A DNA stretch of 19,037 nucleotides, from the NCBI RefSeq assembly GCF_006345805.1, contig NW_021824288.1:1-19037 (forward strand). Reading direction: 5' to 3'. Below, piece by piece: positions 10,577 through 19,037 of this stretch; position 1 is the stretch's first letter, and every line of letters begins with the position of its first letter. This DNA is from Octopus sinensis (lineage: Eukaryota). Position numbers and translations under genes: made by a program. The notes under the pieces were generated by a model. That model was given only the letters and a program-made list of their open reading frames with translations, searched no databases and was not told where the DNA came from.

Positions 10577-11861
10577 TCATTTAAAATATTTTAAAGTCTT
10601 ACATTTAGCGTGGACACAAACTTGACCTAGTTCGATATGGTTATTCAATAATTTCTATGTTTACTATGCTTTAGAATTCGTACGTCTCCATGGAGCATAG
10701 TTGACAACCAACCCTACTATTTTTTATAACGGAATTGCTCTCCTAACTATTTCCCAATTAAGGGTATAATTTTTGTTATTATTTTTGAGTTCCCAGATTT
10801 TGTTTGAAAGTGTGGTGGTACCAGCTTTATGACGTAACTTAAAAGTCGAGATGTGATTTCTAACTCTGGCTAAAAAATTAATTGTACAGCCCATGTAAAA
10901 AATTTGTTATTCTCTCCGTGGATATGGTACATTTTATAGATTACATTATTTTCCCTACATAGACCAGGTGCCGGCATTTGATTTTTTATTCTACACTTAC
11001 ACCACAGGAGGAACAACTTCAGGCCTTGGATTATTCCTGGGTAATGTTTAAGGTTCCTATTATTTTTTTTGATCATCATTTCATAGTTGGTACTGATATC
11101 TAAAGTATTGTTATTATTATGATCCTTCCGTTTCATCATCATTTAGGCGTAAAGTCCTACCAAGATTTCTTATATTATTCGTAATGTTATTATTATTGTT
11201 AGTCTTTTTATCCAACTGTATATTATTGTTATAGATAGCACTGATATTTTTCATTCATTCTCCTTATTTTCTCCATTAGCCTTATTTCTATTATTTCTAT
11301 TATTACAATATCTTCTCTATTATATCGGCATTTTTATTAATTACTATTAATGTTAATGTTATTATTCATTCTGTTCTGGTTACTAATTTCACCTATGTTT
11401 TGATAGTTCCTATTGCTGTTTTTATTGTTGGTAGTATTATTGTTATTGCTATTGGTATTCATTCTGATATTATTATTTTTATTTCTATCTTTCCTGGCTA
11501 GTTTAATGTTGTTTTATTATTAATTTTAGCTATTAAAGTGGACATATTTGGGAGGGTGAATAAGAAATCCTAACTGTTTTCTAGAAATAATTCTATGATA
11601 TCTATGAGAGATAGGGAAATTTTTTTCAGAATTACTTTTGAATTTGTTCTGTGTATAATCCGATTGTATCGCACAGTTAAAAGGAATATTCAGGCCATAA
11701 TATATCTTTTTTATAAAATTTAGGGTTCGTAGAATTACTACTATTCATCTCACCGCGAGTTATTGTATTTATTACCATTATTTTATTTTTATTTGTGTGC
11801 ATCTTAGGTTTATCTACTCTCATTCAATCTTATCCGAGTTACCTATGTTCTGGTCAATGCT
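10577..11861 (-). pseudogene. PLE ORF remnant (linker plus GIY-YIG endonuclease), left arm, frameshifted as assembled
   Basis: The supplied ORF 10870-11142 contains CKCRIKNQMPAPGLCRENNVIYK. Read across indels it continues to ...NHISTFK...IWELK...LNWEIV...CQLC...CVH...KYFK* (stop at 10577-10579). Confidence 0.85.
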
Positions 11862-13302
11862 GAGCATTATAATGCGGCGTTAACTAAGGCTGGATACAAC
11901 CAAAGATTACATTCGTTGATGGGGAGAACTCACGTATTCCTAATAAGGAAGTTATCAGTATCAAGTAAGCAGCAAAAAAGACCAAACCCGAAATAAAAGT
12001 AGAATTAAATTAACGGTAAACGCCAATCTAGAGTACAGGCCCAACATTCAAATGAAGCATTGACCAGAACATAGGTAACTCGGATAAGATTGAAGTAGAT
12101 AAACCTAAGATGCACACAAATAAAAATAAAAATAATGGTAATAAATACAATAACTCCGGTGAGATGAATAGTAGTAATTCTACGAACCCTAAATTTATAA
12201 AAAAGATATATTATGGCTGAATATTCCTTTTCAACTGTGGCGATACAATCGGATATACAGAACAAATTCAAAGTAATTCTGAAAAAATTTCCCTATCTCT
12301 CATAGATATCATAGAATTATTTCTAGGAAAACAGTTAGATTTCTTATTCAACCCTCCCAAATATGTCCACTTAATAGCTAAAATTAATAACAACATTAAA
12401 CTAGCCAGGAAAGATAGAAATAAAAATAATATATAATCAGAATGATACCAATAGCAATAACAATAATACTACCAACACATAAAGCAGCAAATAGGAACTA
12501 TCAAAACATAGGTGAAATAGTAACACAGAAGACTAATAACATTAACATTAATAGTAATAATAACAATGCCGAATTAATAGAAGTAATATTGTTAATAATA
12601 GAAATAATAGAAATAAGGCTAATGGAGAAAATAAGGATAATGAAAAATATCAGTGATATCTATACAATAATATACAGTTGGATAAAAAGACAACAATAAT
12701 AATAACATTACGATAATATAAGAAATCTTGGTAGGACTTTACGCCTAAATGATGAAACGGAAGGATCAATAAAAATAAACAATACTTTAGATATCAGTAC
12801 CAACTAGAGAAATGATAATCAAATATAGGAACCTTAAACATCTACCCAGAATAATCCAAGGCTGAAGTTGTTCTCCTGTGTGTAGTGTAGAATAAAATCA
12901 AAATGCCCTGCACCTGGTCTATGTAGGGAAATAATGTAATCTATCAATGTACCATATCCCGGAGAATACAAATATTTTGTACATTGGCTGTACAATTAAT
13001 TTTTAGCCAGAGTTAGCAATCACATCTCGACTTTTAAGTTACTCATAAAGCTGGTACCGACACACTTTCAAACAAAATCTGGGAACTCAAAAATAATAAC
13101 AAAAATTATACACCCTTAATTGGGAAATAGTTTAGGAGAGCAATTCCGTATAAAAAATAGTAGGGTTGGTTGTCAAACTATGCTCCATGGAGACGTACGA
13201 AATTCTAAAGCATAGTAAACATAGAAACTTATTGATATACCATATCGAACTAGGTCAGTTTTGTGTCCACGCTAAATTGAAGACTTTAAAATATTTTAAT
13301 GA
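11856..13302 (+). pseudogene. PLE ORF remnant: end of RT thumb, Asn/Lys-rich linker, GIY-YIG endonuclease with Cys/His motif
   Basis: The two-arm consensus gives DILWLNIPFNCAIQSD...NFPISHRYHRIISRKTVRISYSTLPNMSTLIAKIN and KCPAPGLCRENNVIYKCTISTENNKFFYIGCTINFLARVxNHISTFKLRHKAGTTTLSNKIWELKNNNKNYTLNWEIVRRAIPYKNSRVGCQLCSMETYEILKHSKHRNLLNNHIELGQVCVHAKCKTLKYFK*. VIY is at 12936-12944 and YIG at 12980-12988. Confidence 0.85.
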
Positions 13303-14745
13303 TTGGAATATTCATAACTAGATAGATAGATATAACTTGATTTCTACTAGTATAGCACTGCTTTAAGGTAGATAACTAAGAGTTCTCACATTACAGTTAT
13401 CTTTATCTTTTTCCTTATATCTACATCAGTTTTCTGAGAACAGAGACAATGAATAGTACTTATTCGCTACTTAATTGAGGCTTTCTTAATTTCAAACTCA
13501 CAATTTTTAAATTCTTAATTTTAAATCCTAATTGTAATATTTAATTTTAATTCCTAACTTAATCTAATTTAAATAGCAAACTCTAATAAATTATAATTAG
13601 TTACTGTAGCCCCATAATTCTATTTCATAATTAAATAAATAAGGCTATTCCCTCGGTGATAATATGATTATCTTCATTAGATAGACAATCCCCCCTAACC
13701 CCTTGTAAAATGATCTTATAAGATTTGACCTGTAGTCGGTCAATGTATGAATAATACGACAACTCCTTAAGACAATAAAATGAATAAATTAAATAAGTAA
13801 ATTTTTAATGACTTTTTGATAAGATTATACTTAGATTTTCCTAATGTATTTTCTGGTGATTTTAGCATCTGACCCCTTAACCCCTGACTGTGTTATCTCT
13901 TTAGATTCTCTTTAAAAACTCATAGCTTATTTCAACAGCAATAAATTAACGGTTTACTGGTCAAAGATTAATAATATTCCCTCCAGTTCCTAGATGCCTG
14001 TTGATTAAAACCAGACTTACAGTCTACTCTCTGTAAATAACTAAACCCTCTTTTTTTCTTTTTTTTTTTCTTTTTCTTTTTTTTTCCCTCTTTTCCCTAT
14101 TTCTTTCTCTTTCTCTTTCTTCTTCTTCTTTTCTTCTTCTTATCTCTTTTTCCTTTTCCTCTTTTCTTTTCTCTTCTCTTTTAGTCCCCCCTTTCCCCCC
14201 CCCCTTTTGCTCCCTCCTCCATTATTTTCTCTCTTTTTCTTCTATTCCCTTCTCTATTCCTGGCCGATCTAGTAACCCTTCAACCTTAAGAGTTTAATAG
14301 CTGCAGCCTCTTGTGAATAGCAGTAATGTGATTAATATGCAAACACCTAATCATATAACAAGATTGGTACCTACCACCTCATTGTGTTCAACCATTGTAA
14401 AATTTATCGCCTGTGAATATGAAATTCATCTCCATTTCTCTGGAAATTTACATCTACACACATTGGAATCTGTGCATATATACAAAGGATTAATTCACCC
14501 TCTCTGTATGCTAATAACAATGGATAAATTTGTCTTCTGTGAGTATATAATCCCTCATCATATCTATGGAAATTCATATGGATTAGGTCACCTTCTCTGT
14601 GATGCTATCAAACTTTTTAAAATTCTGTGATAGACTATGCATCATCTTTAAAGAACTTTAATGAACTTTAGAAATCTGTTTAATTATCTACATTACTTCA
14701 TGAGTATAGCCTCAAACACTAGGATGTCTAGAGAACTTACATGTA

Positions 14746-14836
14746 TTTTAGCTGATGAGTACGGGACTCGTTTATATGCTGTAATCTTTGCAACTTTTAA
14801 TAAAACCTGTCCTTGTATGAAACGATCGTACTAAAA
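14746..14836 (+). ncRNA. Type I hammerhead ribozyme in the right PLE arm
   Basis: Stem I ttttag(14746-51)/ctaaaa(14831-36). CTGATGA 14752-58. Stem II gtacgggac/gtccttgtat with a ~41-nt loop. GAAA 14819-22. Palindromic stem III ACGATCGT. Predicted cleavage after GUA at 14830. Confidence 0.85.
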
Positions 14837-14889
14837 ACCTATCCATTCTTGTTGCTTCTTTCTCGCTATATATATATATATATATATAA

Positions 14890-15044
14890 TTATGGTTCAG
14901 CAAAAAAAAATTACTTTACCACACACCGAACTTTTAGAAATAGCAGCCAAAGAATTTAGCTATTTCTCCTAAGCTAAATTCTTTGGCTGCTGTTTCGAAA
15001 AATTCGGTGTGTGGTAAAGTAAAAATATTTTTCTGAACCCTAAT
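14890..15044. mobile_element. Fold-back MITE-like element (near-perfect ~72-bp inverted arms, 10-nt loop)
   Basis: ggttcag...ttactttaccacacaccgaa...agcagccaaagaatttagct-atttctccta-agctaaattctttggctgct...ttcggtgtgtggtaaagtaa...ctgaacc. Confidence 0.75.
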
Positions 15045-15154
15045 GATATAAAGTAATGTTAAAATATATCGTAAATGTCCTTTTACAATACTGAACACTG
15101 CTTGGTAAAATTATTAATTACTAATTAACTAATTATACCCTTATTATTATTGAC

Positions 15155-15158
<4 letters not shown>

Positions 15159-15202
<44 letters not shown>

Positions 15203-15222
15203 TATATATAATATATATATAT
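15159..15222. repeat. (TA)n microsatellite
   Basis: Direct inspection. Confidence 0.95.
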
Positions 15223-15234
15223 ATTTTCTTTAAC

Positions 15235-15633
15235 CTTTACTCTTTACTTGTTTCAGTCATTTGACCGCGGCCATGCTGGAGCACACCGCCTTTAGTCGAG
15301 CAAATCGACCCCGGGACTTATTCTCTGTAAGCCCAGTACTTATTCTATCGGTCTCTTTTCCTGAACCGCTAAGTGACGGGGACGTAAACACACCAACATC
15401 GGTTGTCAAGCAATGCTAGGGGGACAAACACAGACACACAAACATATGCACACGCACTTATATATATATATACATATATACGACAGGCTTCTTTCAGTTT
15501 CCGTCTACCAAATCCACTCACAAGGCATTGGTCGGCCCGGGGCTATAGCAGAAGACACTTGCCGAAGATGCCACGCAGTGGGACTGAACCCGGAACCATG
15601 TGGTTGGTTAGCAAGCTACTTACCACACAGCCA
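15235..15633 (-). mobile_element. Full-length tRNA-derived SINE with an internal CA/TA microsatellite
   Basis: Minus-strand head tggctgtgtgg (A box)...ggttcagtccc (B box), with a short tandem (AAAGAGT)-type tail. A second full copy lies at 17583-17967. Confidence 0.85.
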
Positions 15634-16230
15634 TATATATATGCGTATCCAAAGTTCATCACCGCCTCGCCGTGGCGGCGACACTGGCAACGGGTAGTGT
15701 CAGAGCTATGCCGTCAGGAACTTCGGTTTCTGGTAGGGCCACCCAAGGCGTATTGGTCTGACACCGAGTGGTATTAGGGCCACAACCCGGCAGACTGAGG
15801 TCAAAATGCATCCAAGAGGTTGACTTTATCAGATTTATCAAAATTCATCTCAGACATAAAGAAATTAAAACATATTTCACAGTCACACACGTCTCGTGTG
15901 TCTTTTGCGGTTCAGTGTATAGCAACACAAACCAACTCTTCATAATCACACACCAGAGAGCAGCGAAAACAGTTATCAGCACCGTTTCTCCGTAAATTTC
16001 CCGAAGAAGGATTCCTTGCTCCGAAATACTGAAATACTAGAGAAGAGTATAAACCACTGACTTGTATTATTAATATTTTGGTACAACTTGCATTGTTTGG
16101 GCTTTAAAGAAAAACTATTTAAAAGATTTATGTTTATCAGACAATGCTTCTTGAAAACCCACTGCTGCGAGCGCACACACATACACACAGGAACAAACAT
16201 ATATACACACATACATAGTATAATAATAAT

Positions 16231-16552
16231 AGGAGCACTCCGTCGGTTGCGACGATGAGGTTCCCAGCTGATACGATCAACGGAACAGCTTGCTCGTGAT
16301 ATTAACGTGCAAGTGGCTGAGCACTCCGCAGACACGTGTACCCTTAATGTAGTTCTCGGGGAGATTCAGCATGACACAGAGTGTGAAAAGGCTGGCCCAT
16401 TCAAATACAAGTACTACTCATTTTTGCCAGCTGAGTGGACTGGAGTAACATGAAATAAAGTGTCTTGCTCAAGGACACAACGCGCCGCCGGGAATTGAAC
16501 TCACGACCTTACGATCATGAGCCGAATGCTCCTAACCACTAGGCCACGCGCC
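16231..16552 (-). mobile_element. tRNA-derived SINE (different family) with (ATT)n tail
   Basis: Minus-strand head ggcgcgtggcctagtgg...gagttcaattccc, central gtccttgagcaagacact motif, tail at 16219-16230. It sits in the intron downstream of exon B and is absent from the paralogous intron of exon A. Confidence 0.85.
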
Positions 16553-16653
16553 TTCACACATACACACACACACAAACACACATGCACACACATATACACA
16601 TATAGGGTTATACAATTATTTGCATTGAAATCAAGAGGATATATTTTACTTAC

Positions 16654-16760
16654 AACCGCCATCATCTTCCTGAAAAATAACGTAATTTTCATTATTTCTA
16701 CTTTCTCTTTTCGCTATTATCCTATCCCCGTTAACAAACTCGATGAGGAAGTTCGGGTAA
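16654..16760 (-). CDS. Internal coding exon B, paralog of exon A (107 nt, phase 2 in, phase 1 out)
   Basis: Acceptor ttagtttcAG and donor GTAAGT. Open frame YPNFLIEFVNGDRIIAKRESRNNENYVIFQEDDGG. Colinear with exon A without gaps. Confidence 0.7.
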
Positions 16761-17119
16761 CTGAAACTAAAATATTAAAATTGATAAATTTAATAAACTT
16801 AATCACAAAGAAAACTTTTACGACTGTATTTACTATAATCAGTTCTGTTTAATCAAATGAATGAGTTTATCATTTCATCTCCGATATTAATGAAAACTAC
16901 ATCAAAATACTGCGACCTCAACGAGGGCAATAAGGCACCTATTCATCTTCAATTAACATAAGTTTTTTTAATTTTAAAACCTTATATTATCTCTGATATG
17001 TGTTTCATAACCAATTTGTTACTCGTTATAAAGAAAGAGATACAATGTAAGAGGAGAAAGTTTATGGACCAATAGTTTATGCCATAAATAATTACCAGTT
17101 TGATAACGGTACCGATGCA

Positions 17120-17433
17120 GTGTGGGTGCACATTGCCTAGTGGTTAGAGCAGCGGACGAGGCGGTGGAGGGATCGCGGGTTCGAATCTCAGACCGGACGG
17201 TGTTTGTGTTTATGAGCGAAACACCCAAGCTCCACGCGGCTCCGGCAGAAGGTAATGGCGAAAAGTCTGCTGATTCTTTCGCCACAACTTTCTCTCTCTC
17301 TCTCTTTCCTCCTGCATCTTGCACCTCACCTGCGACGAACCGGCGTCCCGTCCAGGTGGGGAACCTATACACCAAGGAAACCGGGAAACTGGCCCTTATG
17401 AGCCAGGCTTGGCTCGAGAAGGAACAAGCAACA
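17120..17433 (+). mobile_element. tRNA-derived SINE (third family) with 9-bp target-site duplication
   Basis: A box tgcctagtgg, B box ggttcgaatct, (CAA)-like tail. TSD accgatgca at 17111-17119 and 17434-17442. The paralogous site near 1150-1158 is empty. Confidence 0.85.
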
Positions 17434-17582
17434 ACCGATGCAATTGACTAAACCCCCTCCCCCGTACCTAACAAACTGTCAGATATTCTGCCTATGGTAG
17501 AAAGGAATATTATTATGGAATTATAATATTATACAACAATGGGATATAAAGTATATCTCTCTCTCTCTCTCTCTCTCTCTTT

Positions 17583-17967
17583 TTACTCTTTTACTCTTTT
17601 ACTTGTGTCAGTCATTTGACTGTGGCCATGCTGGAGCATCGCCTTTAGTCGAGCAAATCGAGCCCAGGACTGTTTGTAAGCCTGGTACTTATTCTATCGG
17701 TTTCTTTTGCCGAACCGCTAAGTTATGGGGATGTAAACACACCAGCATCAGTTGTCAAGCGTTGTTGGGGGAACAAACAGAGACACACATATATATGCAT
17801 ATATACAACAGGCTTCTTCCAGTTTTCGCCCATCAAATTCACTCACAAGCCTTTGGTTAGCCTCAGGCTATAGTAGAAGACTCTTGCCCAAGGTGCCACG
17901 CAGTGGACCGAACCCGGAACAATGTGGTTGGTAAGCAAGCTACTTACCACACAGCCACCCCTGCACC
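17583..17967 (-). mobile_element. Full-length SINE, same family as 15235-15633
   Basis: Colinear similarity to 15235-15633. Preceded by (CT)n at 17556-17580. Confidence 0.85.
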
Positions 17968-17982
17968 TATATATATATATAG

Positions 17983-18014
<32 letters not shown>

Positions 18015-18249
18015 GTATAATATATATATATATATATAATATATCTATATACGATGGGCTTCTTTCGGTTTCTGTCTATCGAATCCACTCACAAGGCTTT
18101 GGTCGGTCCTGGGATATAGTAGAAGACACTTGCAAAAGGTGCCACGCAGAGAGACTGAACCGGAACCATGTGGTTGGTAAGCAAGCTACTTACCACACAG
18201 CCACCCTGCACCTATATATATAATATATATTATATATATATATATATAG

Positions 18250-18318
<69 letters not shown>

Positions 18319-18851
18319 TATGGGCTTCTTTCGGTTTCCGTCTACCAAATCCACTCACAAGGCTTTGGTCGGCCCTGGGCTATAGTAGAAGACTCTTGTC
18401 CAAGGTGCCACGCAGTGGGACCGAACCCGGAACAATGTGGTTGGTAAGCAAGCTACTTACCACACAGCCACTCCTGCACCTATATATATATATATATATA
18501 TATATCGATGGGCTTCTTTCGGGTTCCGTCTACCAAATCCACTCACAAGGCTTTGGTTGGCCCTGGGCTATAGTAGAAGACACTTGCAAAAGGTGCTACG
18601 CAGAGAGACTGAACCCGGAGCCATGTGGTTGGTAAGCAAGCTACTTACCACACAGCCACTCCTGCACCTATATATATATATATATATATATATACGATGG
18701 TCTTCTTTCGTTTCCGTCTACAAAATCCACTCACAAGCCTTTGGTCGGCCCTAGGCTATAGTAGAAGAATCTTGCCCAAGGTGCCACGCAGTGAGACTGA
18801 ACCGGAACCATGTGGTTGGTAAGAAACTACTTACCACAAAGCCACTCCTGC

Positions 18852-18939
<88 letters not shown>

Positions 18940-19037
18940 TAAACGATGGGCTTCTTTCGGTTTCCGTCTAACCAAATCCACTCACAAGGCTTTGGTCGGC
19001 GCTAGGCTATAGTAGAAGACACTTGCCCAAGTGCCAC
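17805..19037 (-). repeat. Tandem array of ~160-bp SINE 5' halves separated by (TA)n; runs off the window
   Basis: Units at ~17805-17967, 18051-18212, 18317-18480, 18506-18668, 18694-18853 and 18943-19037 (partial). Confidence 0.9.

Larger units (their letters stand above)
8935..11861 (-). mobile_element. Penelope-like element, 5'-truncated, left arm of a head-to-head palindrome
   Basis: 9046-11861 is the reverse complement of 12056-14867. It contains a GIY-YIG ORF remnant and a terminal hammerhead. Family-like sequence continues left of 9046; the exact outer end is uncertain. Confidence 0.9.
11856..14867 (+). mobile_element. Penelope-like element, 5'-truncated, right arm including the 194-bp unique spacer (11862-12055)
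   Basis: Begins in frame NAEHYNAALTKAGYNQRL, like the PLE RT thumb motif YxxALxxxGY. Ends at 14867 against (TA)n. Confidence 0.9.

Noticed and set aside
11862-12055. Sequencing adapter or read fold-back at the palindrome centre
   Set aside because: The spacer is in-frame PLE coding sequence, not adapter, and symmetry ends at the element terminus rather than extending into the flanks. Read-level confirmation is still needed.
14313-14630. 105-aa ORF as a separate gene
   Set aside because: It lies in the PLE 3' region, has no recognisable motif, and indels in the left-arm copy break the frame.
9046-14867. Nuclear mitochondrial insertion (very AT-rich, Ile/Asn-rich frames)
   Set aside because: No mitochondrial gene, tRNA or rRNA motifs were recognisable. 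The translation gives PLE linker and GIY-YIG motifs instead.
16470-16552. tRNA genes (also at 4300-4390, 15560-15633, 17124-17190)
   Set aside because: A and B boxes are present, but each continues into a SINE body and tail, and I could not fold a complete cloverleaf.
16654-16669. 16-nt micro-exon GAAGATGATGGCGGTT after ttatttttcAG
   Set aside because: The apparent acceptor lies inside the 107-nt exon B, whose upstream acceptor is the one conserved with exon A. Alternative use cannot be excluded.
17805-19037. CRISPR-like repeat-spacer array
   Set aside because: The repeats are ~160-bp SINE heads and the spacers are (TA)n. The context is eukaryotic and there are no cas genes.

Overview
AT-rich eukaryotic genomic DNA dense in microsatellites and short retroposons. 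The SINE families look like those I associate with octopus/cephalopod genomes; this is recognition only, not verified. No complete gene is present, and nearly all ORFs in the supplied track are microsatellite or repeat artefacts. Two structures stand out. (1) A convergent pair of paralogous 107-nt spliced exons (1760-1866 +, 16654-16760 -) with conserved AG/GTAAGT sites and an open frame. By hand alignment the exons are only about 61% identical (15/35 aa), while the flanking introns are 85-88% identical and include a 51-bp identical block. This is the pattern expected of a hypervariable, positively selected gene family. (2) A ~5.9-kb palindrome (arms 9046-11861 and 12056-14867) made of two head-to-head, 5'-truncated Penelope-like retroelements. 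Each carries a GIY-YIG endonuclease remnant and an outward-facing type I hammerhead ribozyme, and they are joined at a 6-bp microhomology around a 194-bp unique spacer. Two further PLE-type hammerheads lie back-to-back at 6626-7437. The rest is CR1, Ty3/Gypsy, Helitron-like, MITE and SINE debris, including a tandem array of SINE heads at the right end.
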